64,000 bases of DNA. It comes from a virus. Its lineage: Duplodnaviria > Caudoviricetes. The notes beneath the pieces are model-generated. The model did not search any database, was not told the origin of the DNA, and saw nothing but the letters and a program-made list of their open reading frames with translations. A program made the translations under genes and the position numbers. Numbering within the stretch: the stretch's first letter is position 1; each line of letters begins with the position of its first letter. Positions 29,539 through 39,678 of the stretch are shown one piece after another. Where the stretch lies: positions 1 to 64,000 of the IMG/VR virus record IMGVR_UViG_3300009370_001552. One strand, 5' to 3'.

Positions 29539-30133
29539 AATTTCTCTATTTTATTTTTGTTTTCATGTGGAAATTCCATATCGGGTATAGGTTTATTTAA
29601 AAATTTACATAATTTTTCCCAACCATCTCCCTCATCACAAATATTCATATCTAAATAATCTATATTTTTCTTATTTAAAAATCTTATATTACTATCATGT
29701 TTAAATTTAGTCCTACCTTTCACCCACTCCTTCTGATGTTCTGGATAATTTCTAAACACTTCTTCATCACCGACACCTAACCAATTCCAATTATTAAACT
29801 TTCCTTGTTGTATTCTTATAATTTTACTCGTAAAACAGAATCCACGTAGTCATCTAAATTTTTTGTTAAACTAATATACTTGGCATCTGGATATTCATCT
29901 ACAATATGACTAAAGACTGTAGGTTCGTAGATAGGATAATCCAAATAACAATCATATTTATCAATTCCATCTAATATTCCCACACCAAGTTCTAAGTTAT
30001 TAGAAAATTTCATTAAGATTTCCATAAAATTATTACTTCCAGTATGTAACACACTATACCCTAAAATTTGTAATGATTGAGATAAACTTATAGTTCCAGT
30101 TTTATTATATCCCAATACAAATATTTTACTCAT
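29535..30133 (-). pseudogene. Sulfotransferase (Sulfotransfer_4-like) interrupted by a 1-nt frameshift
   Basis: N part KIFVLGYNKTGT...PDAKYI and C part DGWEKLCKFL..PIP..FPHEN. Adding one A in GTAAAATT (29822..29825) gives a continuous 199-aa protein colinear with the N-domain of 45129..46436. Confidence 0.75.
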
Positions 30134-30735
30134 CTAACAAAACTCTCATGTAATATTAAATTTTCTATATCACTACAAAAAACTATAACTCTCATTCTAT
30201 CTCCATCTTCAATTTTCTTATAATATTCTTCCCAATCACTATTCTTCATAAAATCTTCAAAAACATAATTTCTTGCTGACATTTGATCTATCTTACTATA
30301 CTCATCATAAGAATACCTTAACATAAAAATATTATCAGGAACATCAAATTCTGGAATTGGTGATGGCCAAGCATCTATAATAAACTCATCGTACTCCACT
30401 CCATTAGATTTTAATGATTCCTTTAATTCATCTGTCCATTCCTCTGATGGATTCACTTCAGAATAAGAAATATTTCTTAATCCTAATACAAAAGTAAAAT
30501 TATTTCTTTTTAAGAAATCTATAAAATCATCATATTTAAAATTTCTACTCTCCAATTCTCCCAAATCAATATTAGTATTTATTTCAGTTATATTATCCTC
30601 GACCACATCAAATGCAACAAGAGTTCCACAATTTTTATTGGTCTCTGTTAAATAATTATTTGTAGTCCAATGGTTGGCTATTTCTAACGATATACCTTCT
30701 ATTTTTTTATCGTGTCCCACTCTACCTTTTCCCAT
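30130..30735 (-). CDS. Hypothetical protein (weak ATP-grasp-like N-terminal fragment)
   Basis: TLVAFDVVEDNITEINTN resembles the D..E-x-N metal-binding strand pair of ATP-grasp ligases; weak. Confidence 0.35.
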   Translation of the reverse strand: MGKGRVGHDKKIEGISLEIANHWTTNNYLTETNKNCGTLVAFDVVEDNITEINTNIDLGELESRNFKYDDFIDFLKRNNFTFVLGLRNISYSEVNPSEEWTDELKESLKSNGVEYDEFIIDAWPSPIPEFDVPDNIFMLRYSYDEYSKIDQMSARNYVFEDFMKNSDWEEYYKKIEDGDRMRVIVFCSDIENLILHESFVR

Positions 30736-31094
30736 TTATCATTTGATGTTAATTTGAATGCTCCTATGAATATTTGATCCCATTGTTCAGGTTCTATTAA
30801 ACTCAACCACAAATGACCTTCTTCATGTTGATATAAATAATAAGTATGTCCTACAACAGGCTGAAAACTATACTTGGCATCATAGACAAGTTTATTCCAC
30901 TCATACTCTTTCATCAATTTGATGTATTCTTCTTTTATCTCATTATATCGTGTTTCAAAATAATGATTTGTAGATACTATCCGTTCTTGTTTCCAAGAAC
31001 TAATATTAGTTGGTTTTATTGCTGGAGCACCAACATTACTTCCATAAGGTAATATTGCTGGGTTATCTGCAACATTATCTGGTTTTTTACCCAC
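30699..31094 (-). CDS. DUF2452-like protein
   Basis: LPYGSNVGAPAI, YDAKYSFQPVVGHTYYLY and LSLIEP.QW. Confidence 0.7.
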   Translation of the reverse strand: MGKKPDNVADNPAILPYGSNVGAPAIKPTNISSWKQERIVSTNHYFETRYNEIKEEYIKLMKEYEWNKLVYDAKYSFQPVVGHTYYLYQHEEGHLWLSLIEPEQWDQIFIGAFKLTSNDKWEKVEWDTIKK

Positions 31095-31414
31095 TAAATA
31101 CCTTTACTATCAGCCCATTCCAAATCTGGTCGAGAAAGTGCATCTTTTTTTGGTTTATTGATTTCTTCATCCAAACCAAGTCCACTACCTTCTAAAAACA
31201 TCTTTGGAACTTTACCACAATCACCACAACTATAAACCTGAACTGGTACAAGTGCTTCTTGTCCTGTTGGTGACATAATTGGTGAAATTCTTTTAATTAC
31301 ACTTGCTGTAATAAAAAGGTAATTCCCACAATCATCACATTTTATAGTATCTGCTTTTTTCAAATCCACTTGAACTTCTTGTTGTGGTTGTCGAGGTGCT
31401 TTTCTTTTAGCCAT
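31094..31414 (-). CDS. Zinc-ribbon hypothetical protein
   Basis: CDDCG and CGDCG pairs. Confidence 0.6.
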   Translation of the reverse strand: MAKRKAPRQPQQEVQVDLKKADTIKCDDCGNYLFITASVIKRISPIMSPTGQEALVPVQVYSCGDCGKVPKMFLEGSGLGLDEEINKPKKDALSRPDLEWADSKGI

Positions 31415-31438
31415 TTTATAACTCCTTTAATATAACTG

Positions 31439-32452
31439 TTATTCTCTCCAAATATCTAATGTTGTACAATGAAAACTACCACCAAGTGTCCTTGAATGTC
31501 TAAGTTTCATTGGAATAACTTCTATGTTATGTTTGTATAATTCTTTATGTAACTCCGTCTGATTTTCATCGCATAGAACCAAGTTTGAATTTAAAGATAA
31601 TAAATTTATCCCAATCCAAACTGATGCATGATTAAAATCTCCATAGTATCCAATGTCTACCATCTCTGGACACCAAATCTTATCCCAAGATTTTAATAAC
31701 TCTGGCATATTATCTTCATTAACTCTATCGGGATTTAATAAACACAATCCCTCTCTTAACAATGCTATAGTAGAATCTAAATGAACATAACTATACAAAT
31801 TTTCTAATATATGAACTCTATATTCACTTCCAAGAAAATTCTGTAACCATTGGGCTCCTAATTTATTACCCGTATTTGATAATAAATATAAGATATCATT
31901 ATTACATCGTAAAATATTTGCCGCATCAAACACAGGTTCTACCTCTGTTAATGTTAATTCATCTAAATTTTCTCTCTGATAACTATCGTTTGTTAATCTT
32001 GGTTTTGGTGCTGATACCCACCTTGCACCCTTCTTCATATAATCAATAAACTCATTTCTAAACGAAAATGTTTCAAAGTACCTTGACCTCAATGCCATAG
32101 GTGATTCAATTATAGTATCACCAATAACAACTACACTATCTCGTGGACAATAATTGTAATATCCATCTGAAATCCACTCTCCATTTGATAATGTCTTAAA
32201 ATTATCTTGTGTTTCTGGTCTCTTAACTGTTACTCTAAATGATTTAAGAGTAGATACTAATTCTTCTAAATCTTCTTTAGTTTCTTCTATAACTTGTTCT
32301 GGATAATAACCTTCTGTAACATCATCAATATTGTCTTTATTGGCATAGTTAATACAATGAAGGTCTTTACCCTTTATTGGATTATTTGGATTTTCTATAT
32401 TACCTACGAATACCTCTTTCAAAGTATCCCATTCATTACAACTCTTTACCAT
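31439..32452 (-). CDS. Amidinotransferase (glycine/inosamine-phosphate amidinotransferase family)
   Basis: NEWDTLKEV, CPRD, and an intact Asp-His-Cys triad (FDAAN, HLDST, GGSFHCTT). Confidence 0.9.
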   Translation of the reverse strand: MVKSCNEWDTLKEVFVGNIENPNNPIKGKDLHCINYANKDNIDDVTEGYYPEQVIEETKEDLEELVSTLKSFRVTVKRPETQDNFKTLSNGEWISDGYYNYCPRDSVVVIGDTIIESPMALRSRYFETFSFRNEFIDYMKKGARWVSAPKPRLTNDSYQRENLDELTLTEVEPVFDAANILRCNNDILYLLSNTGNKLGAQWLQNFLGSEYRVHILENLYSYVHLDSTIALLREGLCLLNPDRVNEDNMPELLKSWDKIWCPEMVDIGYYGDFNHASVWIGINLLSLNSNLVLCDENQTELHKELYKHNIEVIPMKLRHSRTLGGSFHCTTLDIWRE

Positions 32453-32906
32453 TTTGATACTTTCTTATTTTTTCATTAATTAACCAAACACCATCTCTGT
32501 TATCTTTCTTATAATTTCCTTGTACTTTAATATTTCCATTTTTATAATACAATTTAAATAGACCTTCTTTAAAACCACCTACATAATTTATTTCACTTTG
32601 TATATTACCGTTTTCATAATACCATTTCCATTGACCACTAATCCTTAAATTTCCTACAAAACCACCCTTTACCATTACATTGCCATTTTTCCAATAAAAT
32701 ACAAACCGTGACCTTTTTATCTTTAACCGATGATTCAAAAGATTATCGAACACGTCCACTGTATTATCTACTAATTTTTTTTCTAAATCAGGATTTTCAT
32801 CTCTCCATTTCAGATATTCTTTATATCGTGGATCAAATGATAACACAACTTTTCCATCAATCTCTATGGCGTTTTCATTATTTGATATTTTCTTATATTT
32901 GGGCAT
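32436..32906 (-). CDS. MORN-variant repeat (YwqK-like) protein, short paralog
   Basis: WKWYYENG, YYKNG and G.W repeats; N-terminus shared with 39671..40735. Confidence 0.75.
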   Translation of the reverse strand: MPKYKKISNNENAIEIDGKVVLSFDPRYKEYLKWRDENPDLEKKLVDNTVDVFDNLLNHRLKIKRSRFVFYWKNGNVMVKGGFVGNLRISGQWKWYYENGNIQSEINYVGGFKEGLFKLYYKNGNIKVQGNYKKDNRDGVWLINEKIRKYQNGKEL

Positions 32907-33711
32907 CTAATTTTATAGGTAAGTTAGGTTCAACATATTTTTCAAAAAACATCTTATGTCCTTTAACATTAAAATGGCATCCATCAGGACCAAAGTATTG
33001 TTCTACTCCATCAACTTTCAATACATCCCAATTTTTATCATAATCAAATTCTACAAATTTATTCCTATCCAACTTATTATAATAAAATTTTACAGCATCT
33101 ACATCCATTTTTAATAATGGTTTCCACCATTCAATAAAAAGTATAGGAATATTTTTCATTTTACATTCATTTTGAAGTAAATACAACTCTCTTAAATATC
33201 TAACTTGTGTTTCATATACTGATGGTAAAATCTGTTCTAAATAAAAAATATCAAACATCTCATAATACTCAGGATCATATATCAAATCATGTTCTTTGTA
33301 CGGAAAATTTTCTGATAAAATATGTTTTCTATCATCAAAATCACGTCTGTCTGGACTAAATCTATAATCTACTGAACTGTATTTTTCCCAAAAATCTGCG
33401 TTAAAAAATATATTCGTTGATTTACAACTAGCACCTTTAAAGTCTTTTCTATGTAATACTAATGATTGATGATTTATACCAAGAACTGTTCTAAACTGCT
33501 CTGTTATCTGAAATATAACTAAATCAACTTCAGTCTTATTCAACTCCCACATTAAATGATCAATAATAAAAAGATTACCTGCACCAGAAATAGTATGAGA
33601 ACTTATATTACAATCATATTTCTCCTTCAACAATGAATGCCAAGTTTTTTGCTTTGTAACATAATATGGTGCTGAATGTGAACATCCACCTACTAATACT
33701 GTTTTTTTCAT
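32893..33711 (-). CDS. SGNH/GDSL-like protein
   Basis: VGGCSHS block I, GAGN, and DGCHFNVKGH block V. Confidence 0.55.
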   Translation of the reverse strand: MKKTVLVGGCSHSAPYYVTKQKTWHSLLKEKYDCNISSHTISGAGNLFIIDHLMWELNKTEVDLVIFQITEQFRTVLGINHQSLVLHRKDFKGASCKSTNIFFNADFWEKYSSVDYRFSPDRRDFDDRKHILSENFPYKEHDLIYDPEYYEMFDIFYLEQILPSVYETQVRYLRELYLLQNECKMKNIPILFIEWWKPLLKMDVDAVKFYYNKLDRNKFVEFDYDKNWDVLKVDGVEQYFGPDGCHFNVKGHKMFFEKYVEPNLPIKLDAQI

Positions 33712-34448
33712 AGTAACTCTTTATTATCTATAACCGAACTCACAACTTCAAACCATTTTTGATGACCTAATTTATTAGGGTGGTCATCATTTGGTGACAG
33801 TCTCACTTCATCTTTTGGAAACTGGTTTAAATATCCATCAAATGAATTATCAGGTAATATCCAATTCTCCCAATCAAAAATTTCTACTGCCGTATTCCAA
33901 AGTTGCATAGGATCAGGAAGGGCGGAGTGTAAAATACAAGTATCATGGAATACATTCCAAAATAAATATTTACAATTATTTGCTTTCAAAATACATTCTA
34001 AAGAATAAACTCGTCTAATGCTATCTTTGCACATAATATCAATATCAATAAACTTTTCAACATATTCCTTTTTAAATTCAGTAGATACATCGTATCCGTC
34101 TACCGATATCTGCGTCAAACCCATTGGATTTCCACGAATAGGTTTATTATTTAACCTTAAATAAAAATTGTGATGCCCCATCTGGATATATTCTTCTCTA
34201 AGAGTATGATATAATTCAAACCGAGTAGGTTTAGACCACCCAATTAAAAATAGTGTATCTTGTAATTCAGATTGATTATTCATAATATGATTTATACTTG
34301 TTCTATAGATTCTATAACTGCTTGCACCACCTTGCCATGCATGATTAACTTCTAAATTATATTTATCACCCAATAATTGACCAAATGATTCACTTTTCTC
34401 TAACCCATCCCCACAAAAACTATCTCCATTATAATACAAATATTTCAT
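33708..34448 (-). CDS. SGNH/GDSL-like protein, paralog of 41285..42067
   Basis: NGDSF, GGASS, IGWS and DDHPNKLGH. Confidence 0.65.
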   Translation of the reverse strand: MKYLYYNGDSFCGDGLEKSESFGQLLGDKYNLEVNHAWQGGASSYRIYRTSINHIMNNQSELQDTLFLIGWSKPTRFELYHTLREEYIQMGHHNFYLRLNNKPIRGNPMGLTQISVDGYDVSTEFKKEYVEKFIDIDIMCKDSIRRVYSLECILKANNCKYLFWNVFHDTCILHSALPDPMQLWNTAVEIFDWENWILPDNSFDGYLNQFPKDEVRLSPNDDHPNKLGHQKWFEVVSSVIDNKELL

Positions 34449-35356
34449 TTAGAATCTCCTAACATTTTTATAAACATATCTATCTTACCAATATCTGAAG
34501 TTACATTTGGTTTATTCATATATTGTCTTGCAAAAGCACTCCATGATGACACAGTGTGTGTTATTAAATAACTACAAAATGCAAGTCCAAATAAATCTAC
34601 AATATCCTTTAAAGTATTTTGTTTTATAACATTATCTCTATAATTCACAATTTTATCCCTGATACTACTATCTTTTATTTTAAATTTATATTCTTTTAAA
34701 ACATCTTTATAAGTAATTATATCATAATTGTCCGATAAAAACTTAATACTATCCAAGGGTAAATCACTACTTACATAAAATTTTTGTTTTGGATTAAATT
34801 TTAATATTTTTTCAATAAATCTAATATAAACATTATTATCAATGTTCTCATATTTACCTTCTTCACCATTAGATGCGAACGTTCCCCGTACACCGTGCGA
34901 CTTTCTTATATGAATACCAACCATACCTCTAGCGGTACTTTCAATCAAATAGTTTAATTTTGCATCTTTAATTTTTATTAATTGTAACGGCCGCTTTAAA
35001 TGGTATTTATCATCAAAATAATCAAGATGAAACCTATTAAACGCCCACCCGTCAACTGGAAACCAATTTTCTGTACTATCTAACTTAAATCCACAATGTC
35101 TTATAACATTAGAATCAAAAGGATATGAATCTTTAATAAATTCAGAATCACTTTGGTCTACACGTGAAGTTAAAGGTAAATTTAAAAATTCTAATTCTGG
35201 CCACCACATTTTTTGAACTTCAATTTTCATATTATTAATTTTAGCAATTTGATATCCAAGTTCCCAATGATAAATTCTATTACATAATCCAGTATCTTCA
35301 TTCGTAATGTATCCACTACCTCGGTGTGGTTCTACCCATTTTAAAATACCATTCAT
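34445..35356 (-). CDS. Fucosyltransferase-like (GT11/NodZ/O-FucT) GT-B protein
   Basis: GLCNRI, VGIHIR, FYVSSD, DLFGLAFC and SSWS motifs. Confidence 0.65.
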   Translation of the reverse strand: MNGILKWVEPHRGSGYITNEDTGLCNRIYHWELGYQIAKINNMKIEVQKMWWPELEFLNLPLTSRVDQSDSEFIKDSYPFDSNVIRHCGFKLDSTENWFPVDGWAFNRFHLDYFDDKYHLKRPLQLIKIKDAKLNYLIESTARGMVGIHIRKSHGVRGTFASNGEEGKYENIDNNVYIRFIEKILKFNPKQKFYVSSDLPLDSIKFLSDNYDIITYKDVLKEYKFKIKDSSIRDKIVNYRDNVIKQNTLKDIVDLFGLAFCSYLITHTVSSWSAFARQYMNKPNVTSDIGKIDMFIKMLGDSK

Positions 35357-35994
35357 AACTTCTCTTTAATTAATTCTACAATTCTCTTATGTCCTAATTC
35401 ATTTGGATGAGTATGATGTTCTTCAAAATATATACTTTTTTTCATTTGCATGTCTGGACCATTATTCTCTAAATCCCAAGATTCATATTCATCTTTTCCA
35501 CCCAATAGTGTAGTCAAAGACTTTTTAATATTTAAAAAATTATCAACATTAATTAAAGATTTAAATCTACTGTCTATAATAAATTCACCACCATAATTAT
35601 GCATAAATAAATACTTACAACCAATACCATCTAATGCTGATTGAATAGAATAAGTAAATAAACTTGCATGATATCTAAACCAAACTTCTGTTTTATCCCC
35701 TAACCAAGACATATATCTTTCTTTATCTGCTTCATAATACCAACTTATGAAACTTCCCTGTTGTTGATCCATCCATCTTATATCAGGCGGAATAACTATT
35801 AATATAGTATCATCACTATTAATATCACGAACATTACCAAATATCCGAGTTACTATTACTGAATATGAATTACCTTGAGATGAAAAATTTATAAATTTTT
35901 CTCCTAAATCCTTTGCTAAATGATAAACGAAAGGATTTTCATTTTCATTTAATTCAGAACCATAACTCCAACTATCTCCGAAACAGTAAATCAT
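35353..35994 (-). CDS. SGNH/GDSL-like protein
   Basis: FGDSWSYG, QGNS and THPNELGH. Confidence 0.65.
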   Translation of the reverse strand: MIYCFGDSWSYGSELNENENPFVYHLAKDLGEKFINFSSQGNSYSVIVTRIFGNVRDINSDDTILIVIPPDIRWMDQQQGSFISWYYEADKERYMSWLGDKTEVWFRYHASLFTYSIQSALDGIGCKYLFMHNYGGEFIIDSRFKSLINVDNFLNIKKSLTTLLGGKDEYESWDLENNGPDMQMKKSIYFEEHHTHPNELGHKRIVELIKEKL

Positions 35995-37025
35995 GTGATA
36001 ATCCTTCCTAATTTATAATATAAATCTGGTAATACTGGATTATGATATATTACCCAATTCTGATTATGTTTCCTTTTCTCTAAAATATTCTCTTGTGTAA
36101 ATATTTGATTAACTTTACTCTTATTCTTATTCCACATATCAATATATCGTTTTATTTCTTTAACTACCATATTAAATCTATTATCAATATTAACTTCATC
36201 ATCATAACTTTCATCAAATAATTCTGGATAAGTTTCAAATCCCATACCTCTAAGTACTTCTAATGTTCCCGAATTTGACAAACTAATAAATGGTTGTCCG
36301 TGAAGTAATGGTTTTACATTCTTTTCACATAAAAATATTCTACCATCTATCTCATCTATATCACAATTACAAAATGTTTCAAAATATGTATTTTCATAAT
36401 ATTTACTTAATTCATATTTTTTTTGTTCATTCCAACCTCCACCTGATTTAAAGTGTTCCTCATCATCTAAATATATTCCATAATCAATAGCCGAATAAAT
36501 AGAAACATCTAATCCCCCAATACTTTTAATCTTGTTAAAAAACTTCTCTTTATATGGCCACATTTTTCTGGTAAGAAAAAGGAATAACTTATCTCTTTCA
36601 TTAGTTACCAAAATATTTTTTAATAAAATTTCTCTATGATTTTTCTCCCTCTTAACCAAATGCATAACATCAGGAAAAAATCCCGCAATTCCAATTACAT
36701 TAATAGGAACATCATCCTTAAATTTACTCTTTAATTTCCAATTATTATAATTTTTTTCTATCTTTAAATCACTGGTTAAAAATATTATTTTATTTGCAGG
36801 ATATTTATGTTTTCTTATTTCTTCATGTAATAATTTCATAGAAAGTTCTGGAAAATAACCTTCAACCGTTCTCTCCAATACAACATAATTGTTATTCCAA
36901 TCTACACTTTCCAAAAAATCTATCCATTCTAAATTAAACTTATCTGGTTCTTCAAACCCAAAATCTAAAGAATAAACTATATTATCAAACTGTTCAATAA
37001 TATATTCTTGAACTATATCTATCAT
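35991..37025 (-). CDS. Hypothetical protein (glycosyltransferase-like)
   Basis: EKNVKPLLHGQPFI...LRGMGFETY..FDESYD segment; family inferred. Confidence 0.4.
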   Translation of the reverse strand: MIDIVQEYIIEQFDNIVYSLDFGFEEPDKFNLEWIDFLESVDWNNNYVVLERTVEGYFPELSMKLLHEEIRKHKYPANKIIFLTSDLKIEKNYNNWKLKSKFKDDVPINVIGIAGFFPDVMHLVKREKNHREILLKNILVTNERDKLFLFLTRKMWPYKEKFFNKIKSIGGLDVSIYSAIDYGIYLDDEEHFKSGGGWNEQKKYELSKYYENTYFETFCNCDIDEIDGRIFLCEKNVKPLLHGQPFISLSNSGTLEVLRGMGFETYPELFDESYDDEVNIDNRFNMVVKEIKRYIDMWNKNKSKVNQIFTQENILEKRKHNQNWVIYHNPVLPDLYYKLGRIIT

Positions 37026-37026
37026 T

Positions 37027-37638
37027 TTAAACTATCTCATCTATTAATCCTAAAGATTTACACGTTTCTGCATCCCACATCAAGTCATGTTTTAATATTT
37101 CATCAAGTGTATCTTCAGGAACTTTTGTATATTCCTTATACACCCTTTTAATCGTTTCCATCATCAAATCAAGATTCTGTTTCTCATCTTCAAACTCAGA
37201 ATACTTTCCCCAAAAATTTGTAGATAATTGATGTATCAACATATAAGAATTTCTACTCATAAATCTTTTCTCACCTACTACTGATAAAAATGTGGCTGCA
37301 CTTGCACAGAACCCATCTACATAAGTATGTACTGGAACTTTTGTTCTCAATATTGTATCCATAGACGAAATACCAGCAGTGATTGAACCACCACCTGAAT
37401 TTATCAATACTTTAAGTGTAGGTGGGTCTATATCTAAAGTATTTGCCAATGTCAAACTCTTAGATTCTATCTCACCTATCTTTTTATTTAATTCTACTGC
37501 ACTTTCTCTGTTTACATTAGAATAATAATAAATCTTATTCTCGTGAACCGATATATGTTTTTCTGGTTTAACACCATTAGGTTGTGCGCCTTTTTTAACA
37601 GGTGGTTTCTTTTCACCCCAATATTTTTCTACCATCAT
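37027..37638 (-). CDS. clpP: ClpP-like serine protease, paralog 2
   Basis: INSGGGS, CASAATFL (Ser), LIHQ (His) and HDLMWDAETC..GLIDEI (Asp). Confidence 0.85.
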   Translation of the reverse strand: MMVEKYWGEKKPPVKKGAQPNGVKPEKHISVHENKIYYYSNVNRESAVELNKKIGEIESKSLTLANTLDIDPPTLKVLINSGGGSITAGISSMDTILRTKVPVHTYVDGFCASAATFLSVVGEKRFMSRNSYMLIHQLSTNFWGKYSEFEDEKQNLDLMMETIKRVYKEYTKVPEDTLDEILKHDLMWDAETCKSLGLIDEIV

Positions 37639-37841
37639 TCTACCACATCTACTATTTTTGATTGCTTTGCAATTATGGTTTCAAAAACAAAAGGTGAATC
37701 TTTTAACCATTCATTTACTTTTGCTTCTGCAACACTTACTGAATCACATTCCACCAAGTAAGTCTTACGAACTTTCTTTTCTTTTACTCCGTTTTTTGTC
37801 TGTATTTCCTCTATGAAAATAACCGTCGCCTCATAATACAT
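37635..37841 (-). CDS. DUF4494-like small protein
   Basis: KKVRKTYLVECDSVSVAEAKV resembles the DUF4494 YLV.A.S..EAE motif. Confidence 0.5.
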   Translation of the reverse strand: MYYEATVIFIEEIQTKNGVKEKKVRKTYLVECDSVSVAEAKVNEWLKDSPFVFETIIAKQSKIVDVVE

Positions 37842-37850
37842 TCTAACTCC

Positions 37851-38771
37851 TTATTTTATAACTTGTAGTATTTCTATTATCATTGCCATCGCGTTGATTT
37901 CTTTATCAACCACTTGGGCATCACTTAATTCATATTTTGCTATTATCAAGATACATTCTGCAATATGTCCTTTACCATAACTATCAACTTCATCATATAG
38001 AAGTCTAAACAAATCTGCAAAATCTGTAACCTTTGCGTCTGCCATCAACTGACGAACATTATTGAATGCACTCTTTTTATCTTGTTTCTCTAATATCTCC
38101 AACAACTTTAACTTATAATCGTTCTCTACAATACTCTGTTTATCAATAACCAACTTACCATCTACTGATTGTCTTTGTGCACCATTGATAACTCGTCTTA
38201 TATCGGGATAACCACTATTGACTAATATTGCCAAATCTTCTCTATCATAATCCACACTCTCTTGACTTAAAATGTTATGTAGATGTTTTGCTACATCATT
38301 TTTATTTGGTGGTATGACCTGAAATGTTTGACACCGAGATTGTATCGGGTCAATAATTCTCTCAACAAAATTACAAGTCAAGATGAACCTACAATGTTTA
38401 CTAAATGTTTCCATTAGATTACGAAGTGCGGCTTGGGCGTTTGGTGTGATGTAATCACACTCGTCCAAGATTATAATCTTGTAATCCTTGAAGCCCATAG
38501 TGGATGCAAAGTTCTTAACCTTACTCCTTACGGTTTCTACATTGTTCTCGTCTGACGCGTTAATGTATAGATAATCACATTCTATATTATTAACAAGTAG
38601 TTTTGCGAGAGTGGTCTTACCTGTACCAGCCTTTCCGAACAGTAAAAGATGTGGTAAGTCGCCACTCTCCAAATAAACCTTGACTTTACCTTTTAATTGG
38701 TCATTACCAATGTAAGTGTCAAGATTAGAGGGCCGATATTTTTCTACCCAAAGGGTATGTTCATTTTGCAT
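37851..38771 (-). CDS. Clamp loader AAA+ subunit (T4 gp44 / RFC-small-like)
   Basis: LWVEKYRP, GKAGTGKTT Walker A, INASDE, ILDECD Walker B and IQSRC. Confidence 0.95.
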   Translation of the reverse strand: MQNEHTLWVEKYRPSNLDTYIGNDQLKGKVKVYLESGDLPHLLLFGKAGTGKTTLAKLLVNNIECDYLYINASDENNVETVRSKVKNFASTMGFKDYKIIILDECDYITPNAQAALRNLMETFSKHCRFILTCNFVERIIDPIQSRCQTFQVIPPNKNDVAKHLHNILSQESVDYDREDLAILVNSGYPDIRRVINGAQRQSVDGKLVIDKQSIVENDYKLKLLEILEKQDKKSAFNNVRQLMADAKVTDFADLFRLLYDEVDSYGKGHIAECILIIAKYELSDAQVVDKEINAMAMIIEILQVIK

Positions 38772-39678
38772 TTTTTAATTCCTGTAAATATTTATTAAAT
38801 TCTTCTTCAAAATCTTCTGATGACATTTTATTTTCAGAAAACCCACCTTTAAGATGAGTAAGAAATGGTTTATCCTTATAGTAATATGTATGTAATGTAT
38901 CGTTTGTTTCCCAATTTGGATTATCATAATAAGGACCTAAATGAAGATACTTTAAATCATTCTCAAGACAATATATGGTTGCACCATGATTGGTATCACC
39001 GTAATACCAGTCTATATTATAATTATCAAAGAACTTTCTCTTACACATAAAAAAATACGCATCTGCAAATCCAAGTTTTTGAGTTTTTACATATCCACCA
39101 AAGTTGGGTGACATTGTAATTGGTTCAAATGAATATTCTCTAAGATACTTATCTAATATCTCTTTATGTAAAATATAAGTAGAAATCCATATTTTTTTAT
39201 TATCAACTGAAATATATTCAAGTTCTTCTTCTTCCATTTGTTGTATCATTTCATCAATACAATCTTGAAGATAAAGAGTATCATTGTGTTGTAATACAAT
39301 ATAATCACCTTTTGCTTCTTGTATCCCACAATGAAAAGCCATAGATACCCACATAGTTAAATTACCTATATTTTCTAAGGACAAATCTATATCATTATGA
39401 TTCATAAATTCAGGAATCTTTTTGAGCTCTTCAAGTGGTAATGCTTGCCAACCCTTAATTGCCCTAAGATTTGGTAAATTTACATCTGGCCAAGTATGAC
39501 TATTATCAACTAAAATAATTTCCTTTTCACATTCAAGTGAATTTATCTTCTTAATTGTTTTTATGGTAGAATACATTATATTTGAAAAATTATTTTCTTC
39601 CCACAAATCTTCTTTTTCATTTAAGTTTAAAAATTTATCCTTTTCTATTGTAGAAAAAGGTACTATAAAACTAATCAC
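38761..39678 (-). CDS. GT2-like glycosyltransferase
   Basis: ISFIVP, IILVDN and GIQEAKGDYIVLQHND. Confidence 0.65.
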   Translation of the reverse strand: MISFIVPFSTIEKDKFLNLNEKEDLWEENNFSNIMYSTIKTIKKINSLECEKEIILVDNSHTWPDVNLPNLRAIKGWQALPLEELKKIPEFMNHNDIDLSLENIGNLTMWVSMAFHCGIQEAKGDYIVLQHNDTLYLQDCIDEMIQQMEEEELEYISVDNKKIWISTYILHKEILDKYLREYSFEPITMSPNFGGYVKTQKLGFADAYFFMCKRKFFDNYNIDWYYGDTNHGATIYCLENDLKYLHLGPYYDNPNWETNDTLHTYYYKDKPFLTHLKGGFSENKMSSEDFEEEFNKYLQELKNAK

